Shown: piece by piece, positions 49,690-63,607 of the stretch
Layout of the letters: each line of letters opens with the position of its first letter
Numbering within the stretch: the first letter of the stretch is position 1
Assembly (NCBI GenBank): GCA_013239625.1
Contig: MU054391.1
Location: forward strand, 6,407,824 to 6,471,823
Length of the DNA stretch: 64,000 nt
Direction: 5' to 3'
From: Lama guanicoe
Taxonomy: Eukaryota
Notes under the pieces: model-generated
Database searches by the model: none
What the model was told of the DNA's origin: nothing
Seen by the model: only the letters and a program-made list of their open reading frames with translations
Translations under genes and position numbers: made by a program

Positions 49690-51830
49690 TGCCTAGTAGT
49701 GATTGTGGGCCCTTTTCACGTGTTTATTTGTATATTTGTATATTTCCTTTTGGAGAAATGTCTGTCAAGTCCTCTGCCCATTTTTGAATGAAGTTGTTTG
49801 TTTTTCTGTTGTGAGCTTAGTGAATTCTCTATATATTCTGAATATGAATCTCTTATCAGATGATTTGCACATTTTTTCTCCCATGCTGGGAGACGCCTTT
49901 TTATTCTGTTGATGTTGGTTTTGACGCACAAAGTTTAAAATTTTTCATCAAGTCCAATTTGTCTATTTCTTTCTCTTGTTGCCTGTGCTTTTGGTGTCCT
50001 CTTATTGAAGAAATCATTGCCTCATCCAGCATCGTGAAGTTTTTGCCTTATGATTTATTCTGAACGTTTTATAGTTTTAGGTCTTACATTTAGGTCTTTG
50101 ATCCACTTTGAGTTAATTTTTACATATGGTGTTAGGTAAGGGTTTAACTTATTCTTTTACACATTGATGTCTACTTTTCCCAGCACCATTTGTTGAAGTA
50201 ATTGCCCTTTTCCCATTGAATGCTATCGACACTTTTGTCAAAAATCATTTGACCATGAGAATTTGTTTTTGGGGGTCTCTATTCTATTCCATTGGTCGGT
50301 ATGTCTCTTTTATACTAGTACCACACTATCTTTTTTCTTTAAATTCTGAATAGTCTTTATTTTAATTGAAATATAGTCAGTTTACAATGTTATGTCAATT
50401 TATGGTGTACAGCATAATGTTTCAGTCATACATATATATACATATATTCATTTTCATGATAGATTACTACAAGATATTGAATATAGTTCCCTGTGCTATA
50501 CAGAAGAAACTTTTGCTTATTTTATATATAGTAGTTAGTATCTGCAAATTTCAAACTCCTAATTTATCCTTTTCCTCCCCCTTCATCCCCTGGTAACCAT
50601 GTTTGTTCTCTCTGTGTGTCTGTTTCTGTTTTATAAGTAAGTACATTTGTGTCTTTTTTTTTTTTTAGATTCCACATATAAGCGATATCATATGGTATTT
50701 TTCTTTCTCTTTCTGGCTTACCTAGGATGACGATCTCCAGGTTCATCCATGTTGCTGCAAATGGCATTATTTCATTCTTTTTAAGGACTGAGTAGTATTC
50801 CATTGTATGTATACACCACATCTTCTTTATTCATCATGCTATCTTGATTTCTGTGGATTTGTAGTAAGTTTTGAAATCAGGAAGTGTCAGTCTTTCAGCT
50901 TTGTACTTATTTCTTCAAATATTCTCTCTGCCCCTTTCTCTCTCTTCTTCTGGGACTACTGCAGTGCATATATTGGTCCATTTAATGGTGTCTCATGAGT
51001 TCTTTAGGCTCTGTTCACTTGTCTTCAATCCTTTTTCTTTCCATTCCTCAGACTCAATAATTTCCATTGTCCTACTTTCAAGTTTTCTGAGACTTTCTTC
51101 TGCTCAAATCTGCCTTTGATTCCCTCTATTTCAGTTATTGTACTTTCCAGCTCCAGAATTTTGTTTTGGCTTCTCTTTAGGTTTTCTATTTCTTTACTGA
51201 TATTTCCATTTTATTCCTACTTTGTTGTCTTAACTTTCTCCAAATCTTCTTTTACTTTTTGAGCATCTTTAAGACAGTTGTTTTAAAGTCTCTGTCCAGT
51301 AGATCTGCCATCAGGTCTTTTTCAGGGACAATTTATGATGATTTATATTTTTACTTTGAATGGGCCCTACCATCCTGTTTCTTTGTATGTTTTGTGTGGT
51401 TTTTTTTTAACACTGGATATTTGAATCTAATAATGTGGTAGCTCTGGAAATCATATGATCCTGATGTTTTTGTTATTGTTTTTGCTTATTTTTTTTTTAA
51501 TTGTAGGCTGTCTCTGAGCCAAGGACCAGCCTGAGGTATAAACTTAAGGTCTCCTCAGGTCTTTCCTGAAGCTTTCCCTGGACATGCACAGTCAGTTTCC
51601 AATTTTCCCCATATGCACAGTTGTTTTTGAATGTTCTAGTCTTAATGTCTGGCTCCGAAAATGGGAAAAATAGAAAAATAAAGGGAGACGGAAAGGGCAC
51701 TGGCTCTTTCTATCCCTTGGGAGTCATTTCAGCTGGAGGGGAAGGGGCTTACAACAATGTGGGGGAGGGATAACAACATGGCCACCTACCTCTTTGTTTC
51801 TATATCTGTGATCAAAAACAGCAATCAGAA
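49690..51830 (-). mobile_element. L1M fragments (ORF2 3' part and 5'/ORF1 region) with a younger L1 3' end nested at 50333-50833
   Basis: ORF2 remnants (WEKKCANHLIRDSYSEYI); nested copy flanked by ccacactatctt and tcatgctatctt (TSD with CpG decay). Confidence 0.8.
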
Positions 51831-54669
51831 CAGAGCATAAACAACCCAAATATTTAATAGAAAGAATTAGTTATGATACAGCCATGCAATGAAATGCTAT
51901 GCAGTCCAAGAAAGGAAGGAGGAAGCACTCCTGTGATGTGACAAGTTTTTCACAAGGAACTGTAAAATGGAAAAAGTAAATTTAAAACAGCACATAGACT
52001 CTTGGATTCCTGCCAATGAGAAAAATGTTCTGATTTGGTAATACCCCACTTTCTTCATAACTGTAGTTAATGATCACAGCTAGGTCAGGGACATTTTTGT
52101 CATGTGCAGTAAGTGGTTTTTCCAGCAGTTAAACTTCATCAGATCATGCTATGCTGAGATGTTCCATGGTGGTGCATGCCTAGGGGCAGGCTGGGGTGGT
52201 ACCTGTTATAGTTAAAAGCCCCAGAGGCTAGAATCGGGAACAGCAGAGTCATTCATAACATGGTAAGTGAGTTCTGCTTTTAAGTTGATTAAGAAGGAAG
52301 CATGTGTGTTATTTAAGTGCTATGAAGTGCCAGAGTTCATTTATTCACTTAACAAACATTTCCTGAACAGCTGCTGTGCATCTGGAATTGCGATCAGGGC
52401 TGGAGTTCCTACTACCTTCGCCTAAAGAGATTACTCAAAGTATCACAGAGGAAATGGTAATAGGAGACAGCAACCTCTGGGCAGCACTAAAATAATGATA
52501 AAGAAGGACAGTTGACAGCATCAGATAGCAGCTCACTGAGAGTGGGGACTGTTTTGTTATAGCATCGATGTTCATAGCACTATAATATATGGAATTTAAT
52601 ATATAGAATTTTCTAAATGAATGAGTGAATGAACGAATGAATTTATCGAGTCAGTGTTCTAACAGATAACAGAAAACACACTCCAATTAGGATAATTGGA
52701 GAAGGGTCTATTCATAAAGGGGCCTATAGTTGTGTGTGGGCTGTGAGAGGAACACGAGGGTTAGTGCGGGAACCCAGGTTGATGGAAAGGCATTGTCATA
52801 CACCTAGGCTGGAGAGGATGAGAGGAGAGCGGTTACTGGAACTGGAGGGAACCAGATTCCCGCTCTCCCTCCCTCCTATCTCCTGTCAAATCTACTGGGG
52901 AGCCCAGCTGTAACCACCAGGCTGCCAAGAGCACATCTGTAGATACCTGCCACAAACTCCTGGGGACCTGCTTCTTTACAAGCATTGCCTCAAACTCTGT
53001 GAAATGAGGAGTATCACCCCCATTTTGCTGAGGAAACAGAATGAGATTAGCTGGGTACGTTGCCCCAGTTATCATTCGAAAGATGCAGAACTACTGACCT
53101 AAGAAATGCCAAAACATTTGTGGAAATTTAAGCCCAGGATGGACCATGGTGACCATAAAGACAGCAGTGTGGCCTCATGGCCCAGAGCCTTGGGCTCCAA
53201 GGACAGACCAGGGAGTTGGGAGGTGAATTACTTTTCTGGGCCACAGTCTTTCCATCTGTAAAATGGGATGTGACCCATCTTCAAGAATTTTTGTGATGAT
53301 TCAATAACAAGGATTATAGAACTTGGCACTTGGTAAACCCTAAACAGCAGGTGCTATCAAAAGAAAACCTCAACTCATATAAACCATGGAAGGGTTAAGT
53401 TTTGGGAAATAGGCCAAAATGCAAAGCAAGTGTTTCTTCTTGGGTGGTTCATTTTTTGTTACTTTATACTTGTATTTTTCAGTTTTTGACCATAAACATG
53501 TATTAGTCTGATATGAAAACAAGTTGCTTTCCCCCGCCCCTGCCTCCATTCATCCTCCTTTCCATCCTTCCTTCTTTCCCTCCCTTCCTCCCTCTCGCCC
53601 TTTAATCTGGGGCCTTTCTGTGCCCTCTGCCTGTCTTCTGTGTGGGGTCCTAACCCCCTGGACTCCGTGCTCTGAGTGGCCACATGGCTAGTGCCTGCAA
53701 CAGTAGAAGACCAAATTCGCCATTTGGAATTCAGTGACCTAATCCACCTCCTTGCAAACATCCCCTCCCTCCTGGGAGCCGGGAGAGTGATGAGTGAGGG
53801 CCTGAGGCAAAGATGTAGCTGTTAAGAACTTTTAGACTTTGATCCTAGTTGGCATGTTTCCAACTGGACTTCTAGTGGCTCAGCTGCCAGGAACGGACAC
53901 CCTTGGCTATGAGATGCTTGGTGCCTGATTAGTTATATTAATATTTATCACAGTCCTGCAAAATAGGTATTATCTGCATTTTCCAGAGAAGAGAACTGAG
54001 GCTCAAAGAGATTAAATAGATCTGGCCGAAATCATCCATCCGGCAGAGCCATAGTGAATTTGAGCCCTTCTGCTTCCAAATCCCATAATGTCCTTTCCTT
54101 TCTCATACTCTCTGAAGTCTTCAGTACATTTTCTGGAGACTTTAAGTTTTCATTTTCTCATGATCAAAACAATACTGGATCATAATAGAAAATATGTGAA
54201 GCAGGAAGAACCTGTTCACATAGTTACAGCCATACTGTCTACAAATTTGTATCTTGATTATTTTTCCAAGTAACATTATAATACTTGCCTTGTTCCACGA
54301 AACTAGAAATTCTTTGTAAACCTTATTTTCAATGGCTGCTTAATAATCCCTCTGCTGGGTATCCCATCATTAATTTAAACAATCCTCTATTGTCGAACCT
54401 TCCAGTGGTTTCCAGTTTTTCAGTCAGCCACATTGCTGTGAAGGACATCTTCTTATTCAGAAAGCCTTTTCTGTTTGTCCTATTTCCTTAAGATAGTTTC
54501 CCAGAAGTGGAAATACTGGTTCAAGTACTTGTTCGCAAGTGGAGCCCTCACATGTATTGCCAGATTATTCTCCCAAAAGGTGGCCCCATTCCTTTTCCCG
54601 CCAGCGGAGAGTGAGAGGATTCTGAGGGTGGGTTCCTGCTCTAACCGTCTTTTATTTCTTTCCCCAAAG

Positions 54670-54755
54670 CCTCATAAAGAGAATGGCCCAGAGCGTGGTG
54701 GAAGTTATGGAAGATGCGAAGGGGAAGGTCCAGGAGAACCTCCTGGCCAACGGAG
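54670..54755 (+). CDS. ATP6V1C2: ATP6V1C2 third coding exon ([29 protein letters not shown]+1 nt)
   Basis: Polypyrimidine tract plus aag acceptor; 86 nt; phase 2 matches the previous exon; donor GAG|GTAGGC. Confidence 0.95.
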
Positions 54756-57544
54756 GTAGGCCCCGGTCCCTGAAGCGCACTTTCATGGCACTTTCCCAGC
54801 TCATTCCTGCCCATTGGTGGCCCCAGCTGTGGCCACACATATTGGCGGAAATGATCCAGTCACCACGGAGGCTCCAAACTGACACATGGGATGGGCCATC
54901 CACCCCACTTAGAGCTCAGTGGCGCTGCTCTTTTGAGGACGAGCCCCTTTACAAGCATATGATCCTCTGTCTCATTCTAAAGGGTCTAATGGTTGGTGTC
55001 CCCGCCACCACCTTCTCTATCAGCCTCTGCTCCGTCCCACGTGGAATATTTCATCCCTGTCCCCCAGTCGATTTATCCCTTTCCCTAAATGAGGCTGGAA
55101 AGTACCTTCATTGCTGAGGAAAGCCTCAAATCTAAGCCTTCCATTGTGCCCAGTAAATAGATGAGGTTTAAGCCAAAAACGCTTTGTGTAGCGTGTTTGC
55201 ATGTGGAATTTCTGTTTGTATTTGGACTCTCCTCTGTGCTAATAGGATAAATACTTAGATTCCAATGTCGTTTTGGTCCATTAATTATGGACATACAATC
55301 AGTGCACTTAAAATATGCAGGACAAAATTTCTGAGGCTTAGGAAACCTCAGAATTAGATGCTCATCTGTAGAGTGACTCTATGCGTGAGTATATCCTGAA
55401 AAATGAAAGCATATATTCCATAATTCACATTTCTATTATTTATGGCATAGAAATTCACATTTATTCCCCCTAGGAACATTGGAAAGCTTTTTATTAATTT
55501 TATTAAATTTATTTTTTTATAATTTTTATTAAATTGATAAATGGAAATGCCCACAGTCCCCAGTCTGAACCTGGTTTTGTATGTGAATGTGGTCTAATAA
55601 CTTCACCTTATTACATTGCAGGTTTGAAGGAAAAAATGAAATATCTAAAGAGTAGGTTGTGCGTTGTTTGCCGTGTGCGTGCCCGGTGTGACCCCGCATG
55701 TCCTGGGGAAAGGGGAATTTCAGTCTGGTTGTGGGGATACAGTGACCAGGTTATGATGGATTTCTCAAGTGACAACCTCACAGCTTGGTCACCTTATCCA
55801 GATAACACAGAGAGCAACTTCCTTTTTCCTTCCCCTCTTTCCTGCGTCTCCCTTGCCTCCCCCAGCAGCCCCGCATGCCTCCCGGAATGGAGAATGCTTT
55901 GACCCCGGAGCTCAAGACGGGCTTTTGTATCTTCTGGTTGTTGGTCTGCTTTTTGCCCTGATGGCTGTCCCCAGCATCCTCCCGCCTGCTCTTGGAGGCT
56001 GGCCATCTTGTGGACCCTGACAGCTTAAATGCCAAGCTTGGCTTTGTGCTGCTTTGATTGGGGTTCATTGATACCAGGAGCCTTCTTCCCTCGAGCCGTT
56101 GGGGCAGTCCCTGTGACCAAAAAGGCCATTTCTCATTTCTGGCTTAGAAGGTGCCATTTGCTTTGGGGCTTCTCCAGTCCACTCAGACTGGTGGAATTAA
56201 AGCCAGCAAATCCTTTTTGGATGAACACAAATCTTTATGGATTTAGAAGTTACCAAAATGCCTTCCCAAATGCAATCTGTTAGTTACACTGAGATTTCTT
56301 GCTGATGTTAATTTAAAAAATTATTTTGTTCAAGTGATCAACTGGTCTTACTTCCCAGCAGGTGACTCACGGGGCCCTAGACCGAAGAGCTGACTTAACA
56401 GTAGAGAGCTACTTTTCTATGTAAAAACTTGGTCTTTAGGAATCGAGGATTCAAGTTCACATTAAAAGTGATCAGAATGCTTACATTCTACTCAAAATTC
56501 AGGTCAATTAAAATTAGATGTTATCATTACACAGTATCCATCCCCTGTTCACATAGCACCGAGCCGGCTGCCTTTCTTCTCAGGAGAGAACTCAGCTTTA
56601 TCTGTGTGTATATGTCATTATCTCTAGGCCTCCTGGAAGTCGGGGCCCCACACCTTGCAAGACTAGAGCTTCTCAGTCCTGTTCTGTACACCAGCCCTAT
56701 GCAAACAGAGGTCAGGGCGCTGGGCAGAGCACGTGGCCGACTCCTAAACCTTCATAAAGGCTCTGAAAAGTGCTCCTACCAAGAGGCCTTCCAAACAACT
56801 TAGTTTGGCTCAGGCTTTCCTGATATTATTTGAATGGGGAAATATTTTTTGTCTGCAGAGCATCCATGTTAACTAGTGACTGTCAGAATTCACTGGAGGA
56901 ATTCAGTGTTGTCCCCTGCCAGTGGGATTTTAACCTGACCTCCTCCAGGACACACCTGGGACTTGGGGGCAGTGTTTCCTGGCAGGCCAGCAGCACCAGC
57001 CTGGAAGCAGTCAGGCCTAGTCCCTTGAGACCTTAGCAGGCCACCTCCCTGGGACTTGATTTTCTCACCTGTCAATGGACTTAATCTCTTTCCGGACTCT
57101 TTGCTTTGCCCGGGCACCTTTTGTTTTTGTTGGTTCTTTGCCTTTTGCTACGCTTCAAGAGTGGAAGGACACAGACGTGTTGGATTGCAGCAGACGCTGA
57201 GCAAACACACCGTGGTCTGGCCCGGGCCCTAGACTGTGCGGAGTCATAACCCGCTGGAGGGGTCCTTCATTCTGCTGCTGCCCGGAAGGCCTTGTTTTGG
57301 TTCTTAGATGAGATCATTGTTGCTCAAGAGCAGCCACCTGTGTCCAGCGTGTTTTGATTCGGAGTGAGCTTACCCGGTTCCTGGTCTGACCTCATAGTTC
57401 CTCGATCCAAGCCCCGCACTGCTCCCTGGAGCCCAGGCCTCGCTGACTTCAGCGGGGTGGGGTGGTGGGGGCTGTCCTTTCCTGATCAGGCGGAGAGGCA
57501 GCCGCAGAGCTGGGAGCACGGGGAGGCCCGGGGGCTGCTGCATT

Positions 57545-57711
57545 GTTGTTGTTTTTTTTTTTCCTTTAACAGAATTTTTTTGGGAGCGTGGGGAGGGGAG
57601 GTAGTTAGGTTTGTCTATTTGTTTCTTTTCTTTTCTTTCTTTTTTTTTTAGCAGAGGTGCTGGGGATTGAGCCCAGGACCTCATGCATGCTAAGCACACA
57701 CTCTGCCCTCC
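57545..57711 (-). mobile_element. tRNA-Ala-derived SINE (vic-1-like)
   Basis: gaggtgctggggattgagcccaggacctcatgcatgctaagcac; ggggaggtagttaggttt body. Confidence 0.85.
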
Positions 57712-58918
57712 AGGCTGCTCCTTTCTAAAGGGGAGGATGGTCCCCAGACCACATTCTTACCAAAGGCAATGTGCGTGGAGGAGGCAAAACCGCCCTTGGA
57801 TGCTTGAGCCAGGGCAAGGGGCAGGGTCTGGAGCTGGAGCCAGTGCTCTGGACCCGGGAGAGGATTGTGTCAGAGAAGGAGGAAGTCACAGTCACAAACC
57901 ATAGGTTTCTCGAGGCTTCTGCAGAGATCTTCAGGTCTCCTTATCTAACCTCTGCCCTCCTTCATCAGATCCTTGTGCTTGGCTACTGAGTACCAAACGT
58001 GCCGGGTGCTGGTCGTTCAGAGATAATTGCCCTCAGGAGCTCGCGGTCTGGGGGACAGACCCACAGCGCCTTGGGTGCTGGGAAGGACATGGGAACCAAG
58101 TGCTTGGGAGCATCCATGAGGAGACGGGCTAAGTCTTTAAGGAACTACAGGAGTTCAAGTGGAAAGGCGGGTGCATTCTCCTTGGTCTGAGTGCCATGAA
58201 GGCCTTGGAATTTGTGAAAATGCAGGAGATAAGAGCTTGTCTGAAATGTATCTCTTCCAAGCGACCGGATAGTGTTAGTACAATAACCCGGGTTATTAGG
58301 AAGATTCTTGTATAGGGGACTTGCTCCCTGCTGGGCCCTGTCCCAGGCTCTGGGGACACAGAGATAGTCAACTGCTCTCAAGCAGCAGAAAGAGCAAGGG
58401 ACTTGAGGGTGACCGTGTGGTGTCCTTATTGTGATGGGACAGGTGAGCATCTGCAGGATAGTGGGACAGGCTTTCAGCAGTTGGCCTCCATCCTGATTTT
58501 GTAGGACAAAGACAGTGGTGAGAGAGAGAATGAGTGGGCTTGGCTTGGGGGGTGGTGTGCCCATGGGGTCTGGTGATGGCGAGGGGGGAGGAAGAGTGGG
58601 AGGGGCCCTCGGAGCGCACATCTGCCCAGCATCTGCCCAGGGCGGGTTCTTCCCGGGCCTTTGGGGTGGACGATGGCTCCCACCTGTCAGCGTGTGGCCA
58701 GCACAGGAGGCATGTGACCATCATGTAGGGTTCAGTAGCGGGCACAGGGACGACTGCTGGCACACGAGGAGTCTTTTGTGACCTTCTGATTCTGCCTCTG
58801 CCATCATCCAGATCTTAATTCAGTTCCTTCCAAGCCTGGATCCTTCCTACAAAGTCACTTCCCTGCTGTAGTGTGGCAATCCCCAAATCCACATTAATAG
58901 CAAGTTAATACCAAAATC

Positions 58919-59131
58919 TGTACCAGTCAGCTTGCGCTGCTGGATCAAAATACTGCAGACCAGAGGCTTAAACTACAGCCATTCATCTCTCACAGTGCTA
59001 GAGGCTGGAAGTCCAAGGTCAAGGTGCTCACACGGCCCTTTCTTGGTGCAAGCACAGGGAGAGAGGGAGAGGAAGCTCTCTGGTGTCCCCTTATACGGGC
59101 ACTAGTCCAATTGGGTCAGAACCCCACCCTT
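58919..59131. mobile_element. MaLR LTR fragment (MLT1A-like)
   Basis: tctcacagtgctagaggctggaagtccaaggtcaaggtgc, gctctctggtgtcccctta. Confidence 0.7.
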
Positions 59132-61588
59132 GGTGTCCCAGAGGCACCCTTGTCGAGCCCGGCACCTTTGGAATCTGAAGCAAGGACCTCTCTAAGTCAG
59201 TGACCAGAGGTATGGGTGTGTGGTTTTGTGAAGGGGTGACAGTGGGGGGTCCCCGTCCCACTGCAGCGTGGCTGTGCTTGGGGGAGGATGGGGCGGGGGT
59301 GGGGGTGTGGCTTCCACGTGCTCACATGCCTCGTCTCATTTTCTGACAGAGGTTACGTAACTCTCTCTACACCAGAGTTTTCTTCTTTCTAAAATGGGGT
59401 TAGTAATAGTACTGAGTGGGAGTGAAGAGTAAATGAGATAATTCATGTGTCCTGCCCAGGGTCAACCACCCGTAAGTGTCAGCTACTGCAATGGTCTTCG
59501 TCAGCATCGTCATCCTTTTCTTAAGGCCCTTCTGACCCTCTTTGGGCTGACAGCTCTGCCCGCAGGCCGGTTCCCTCCTTTGAGCCCCATTTCATTTCTG
59601 TCTGCTTCGTGGGGACCTGTCCACCCACATACCAGACTCATGCTTGTGCCCAGCTGGGCCCAGCTCCTCTCTCCTCTGCTCTCCCCACACTGCTGCCTCC
59701 AGGCTGCCGGGCGTGGTGAATGTCCTGTCCTCCCACCCAGCCCCCAACCTGGAAATCCAGCTGTCCCCCAAGCCTCCTTCGCGCTCCATGGGTGACTGCC
59801 CCTGCATCCTGTTGAGTTGGCTCCGGTCTCTATTCCCAGGGCTTTGGCGCCTCTTAGCTTTTCCTCCTCTTTCCCTCAAAGCCCCAGAGAAGCCTCCTCT
59901 GAGCACGGATGTCCTTGCCTGGCGACGCAGCCCGCAGAGGCTTGGTGTCCCGGCGGGCTCGGTGAGCCCTCAGCACTGCGGTCAGAGTTGGAGGGATGTG
60001 TGTCCACCTCCTGGCACATAAGAGAGGCTCCGTAAGTGAGCCTGGTGTCTTTGTCGCCACAGGAGGAGATGCAAAGGTGACTTTCCCCAACCTCGCCCTG
60101 GCCATCCTGTCCCACCTCCGTCCACACTCTCTGGTCCATTGGCTTGACCCAGGGATTCCCTGCGCTCCAGCTGTGATGTTCACTGGTCCACCCTGCCTGA
60201 CACCCAGCGCCCTCTTTCACTGGCCACCTTCAGCCCCCGCATGAATATGGTGTCCCAGCGAGGCCCTCTGAGCCCCGCCAGGATAGGAGGCGGTGCCGGC
60301 TCTCCCGTCCTTCCTCAGCTCCTGCTACCTCGTGTTACTTGGCTCATGGTGCTGCCCTGTTTGACTAGTTGTCTCCCCAGGAAACTGAGCACCTTGACGT
60401 CGAGGGGGCTGTGGTTTGCTGTCCAACTGAATGTTGAGGGAGCAGTGATCAGTCCTTTTCATCTGCGTGAGGATACACTGGGAAGGGCCGGCGTCCACAT
60501 CACCTAGGGGAGAATCCAAATAGCAAGGCCCATTTTTCTGGGGTTCAAGGAATTCTGGGGGCCACCTTAGCATGTCATACACAAACTGGGGTGTAACCAG
60601 CAGCTAGCCCCCCGGGTGGCACCTTTAACTGTGCCTAGAGCTCACCTGAGAAGAATAGGCCCTCAAGGAAGGGGTGTGCAGACACTCCTCTGCGTCCCCA
60701 CTTCTCAGGTAAAAAGACTGAGGTGCAAAGAGGTTTACTTACTAAAGTGCTCAGGGGCCCCTCAGTGCTGCTGTCTGACCTCCAAGCCCCCTTCTCCACC
60801 CACGGCCGGTTAGAGAGAATCACAAACACCCCGAGGACACAGGTTTAGGTTTGTTTTTGGAGAAAGTTAGGGGAAAAAGGAAATTTGTTGAGAAAATGCT
60901 GATTTGTTCTACTCACTTCAGGCTTCCGTATAAAGGATATAACCTGACATCCATAGCAGGGATTAAAAACCACAGTCACAAACTCCAGTATTTTGCCAAT
61001 GTTGAAAACGCCTTCTTTAAATAAAGCAGGCGTTTGTGGCGATGGCCTCTGTCTGGGGCTGGGGTGCAGGGGACAGGAAAGTGGCTCATCTTCCAAGCAG
61101 ATGGCGCCCGTGATGGGCTGTGGTGTCCTCGGGGGTTGGCCTGAGGCTCTCTGGCGTGCCGGTGGGCACCTCGAAACAGAGTGATAATCCAGCAGGGGGT
61201 GTGGCCGAACCAACTGGAAAAGGAGGAGAATGTGCCTGGTGCCTGGAATGTCTGACTTTGCAGCCACCTCCTGGGAAGCAGGACCTCCCTCACGCCCGTC
61301 TCTGGGGCGGCAGTTTGAGAGTCTGGGCGCAGGAGTGCACCTGTTACAGCGTCCCCGGGGCTGTGACGGACTCTCCCGAGGGGTTTAGGGGCTGCCGACC
61401 GTCCTGGCTGGTGGGCAGCTAGCTGGCTCGACCCTCTGCTCCTGCGGGGAAAGTCTCCTCTCCTGGAGGGAGCCCTGAGTCTGTCTTTCCGTTTCTCTAA
61501 TTACTTCCTTGGTTTAAGGGGTGATGCTCGGCTTGGGTGAGACGTGGGCAGTCTGCTCGTCTGCTGAAGTGTGTCTGTGTTCTTGCAG

Positions 61589-61683
61589 TTGACTTAACAT
61601 CCTTCGTGACTCGCTTTGAATGGGACATGGCCAAGTACCCTGTGAAGCAGCCGCTGGTGAGCGTGGTGGACACCATAGCGAAG
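61589..61683 (+). CDS. ATP6V1C2: ATP6V1C2 fourth coding exon ([32 protein letters not shown]); gene continues right of the window
   Basis: ttcttgcag acceptor; 95 nt; phase 1 matches; conserved FxWDMAKYP motif; donor AAG|GTAAGA. Confidence 0.96.
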
Positions 61684-63189
61684 GTAAGAGAAGGGCCTCC
61701 TCCTGGGGGACAGTTACACTTCTGTGACAGGGGACATTGATGATCTGGGGGGATCTACACTGTGTTTAGATTCTAGCAAAGCCAAGAGGGACTTTCCAGG
61801 AGGCCAGGGGGGAGGCTGGGTGGGTTCTTTCCCTGCCCAGTGACCCTGAGTGGGGTTCCTCCCCATCTTGCCAGCCCTGATTGGGTCCCAGTGAGTTTCT
61901 GAGGTGGCCCTCCATATCCCGGGCAAGGTCAGAGACCTTTGGGTTTCAGGGCAGCCCTGAAATGGGTTGCTGATCACCTGTCCACCCTACACCTCTTCCA
62001 GACCTGTTACTTGGCAGGATGGTTGCATCTTATAGGGCACTCCTCTCGACGGATGCTCTGAGCCACCAGTGTTCTGACCCCAGATCCTGGTGCCCATTCA
62101 CTATGCTCCCCTTTGAGAGGTGCTGATGGAGAAGTCAGCCCTGCCCAGTCACCTTGACCCCAGGGAGGACAGTGAGCACTGCCCCCGTGATTTCACCATC
62201 TCGGTGAGTGGTGGCCTCCGGTCCTGTTTCTTAAATAAAAGCACAGAGGCAGAGCCCTCTGGGGACAGTGCAGGTGCCCCCCAGTGTGTTGGCCCCTGCT
62301 GGTCTCCCTGAGGGTAGCGCTGATGAAGATTCAGAGGTTTAGGCTGCTGTTTGTAACCGCTGTCCCTCACTCCCTCCAAATACACGAAGCCCCTAAAAGG
62401 TGATGTCTCCCATGGCTGGGCGGCTGGGAGAACATCTCAGCCAGACCAGGAACAAAGCCTTCCTGTTGTCTCAGGGCGGCAGAGCCACTCAGGTGTGGCT
62501 GGGCGGCTCAGATGACAGAGATGGGCCGCCAGGACCCACCCCTGTGTAGTCCTGCAGATCTCCTGCTGGCAGGCTGGTGCCCGGCCTGTGTCTCTGGGGA
62601 CGCAGGTGGGGCCAGGAAGCTCGGGAATCTGAGTGTGGCTCACTGGGCATCCCTTACATCACAGAGGTCCCAGCCCCTCCTGGGACAATTAGGCAGTGAT
62701 TCTGGAAGGGTCTTCAAGGAGGGGCTCTCAGAGCACCTGTGTCAGGTGCGGCATCCGGGAGGGCATGGTGTACCCCCACTCCAAACCTGGAAGTACACGG
62801 TAGTTTGTGGGGCTGGCCACACCCCACCCAGCGCGAGTGAGGCGAGGCTGAGCAGGGCAGGGTGGGCAGGGCTGTGCTCTACGCCCACTTGGGACAGTGC
62901 TCACTGGCATGGCTGTTCTGGGGATGCAGGCAGTGATGAGGGCTCTGGGCACATCGGGGCTTCGGCTGATTGGGGAGCAGAGCAGTTGTAGAGGACAGAA
63001 CCCGGCTTCTTCTAGTCCTGGGGACCCAGAGAGTGACTTTGGCAGGAAAACTTGGCTAGCACTCCCCCTGTGCCTGGAACCACACTGGGCTGTTATGTCC
63101 CACGTCACCCCTATGGGCCAGGTATCACCTTCCTCTGATTTCAGGTGGAGAAGCTGGCTGAGAGGCCGAGTGGCATCTCCCAGGACCTG

Positions 63190-63345
63190 CAGGTGTAAAC
63201 AGTACAGCATAACCAGGAAACTGACATGGGCACTGTTGCTATGTGAGGTGTTACCAGTGGGGGAAATGGGTACATGGGATCTCTGTGCACCATTTTTGTA
63301 ATTTATCATGAATCTATAATCATTTCAAAATAAAAAGGTTCTAAA
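63190..63345 (+). mobile_element. Old L1 (L1MC/MD-like) 3' end
   Basis: gggtacatgggatctctgtgcac...tgaatctataatcatttcaaaataaaaag. Confidence 0.65.
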
Positions 63346-63494
63346 AATTGTAAGAAAAGTTATAAATCTTATTTTAAAAATCAAACATATCAAAAAGGAA
63401 AGATTGAAAACATGAAAGGCCTACCATGACATCACCTACCCCTACCCTTGCAACTCCTGCTCCCTTTAATCTCCCTAAAGGTAACCAATATTTA

Positions 63495-63607
63495 GGGGGG
63501 AAGGTATAGCTCAGCGGTAGAGGGCGTGCTTAGCATGCATGAGGTTCAATCCCCAGTGCTTCCATTAAAAATAAATAAATAAACCTAATTACCTCTCCCT
63601 AAAAAAA
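63495..63607 (+). mobile_element. tRNA-Ala-derived SINE (vic-1-like) with a 7-nt internal deletion
   Basis: ggtatagctcagcggtagag...cttagcatgcatgaggttcaatcccc...aaacctaattacctc plus A tail; accaatattt on both flanks. Confidence 0.88.

Noticed and set aside
54756..55117. 144-aa ORF starting MAQSVVEV
   Set aside because: Only the first 24 codons are exonic; the rest is intron read-through
55326..55462. Cluster of short hairpins (ttctgagg/cctcagaa, atttctat/atagaaat) and an 11-bp direct repeat, considered as an intronic snoRNA or miRNA
   Set aside because: Stems are only about 8 bp in AT-rich DNA; no convincing C/D or H/ACA layout or long miRNA-like stem; an Infernal/Rfam search would be needed to revisit
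62512..63309. Overlapping 134-193 aa ORFs in the last intron
   Set aside because: GC-rich intron; none continues the subunit C sequence or shows a known domain
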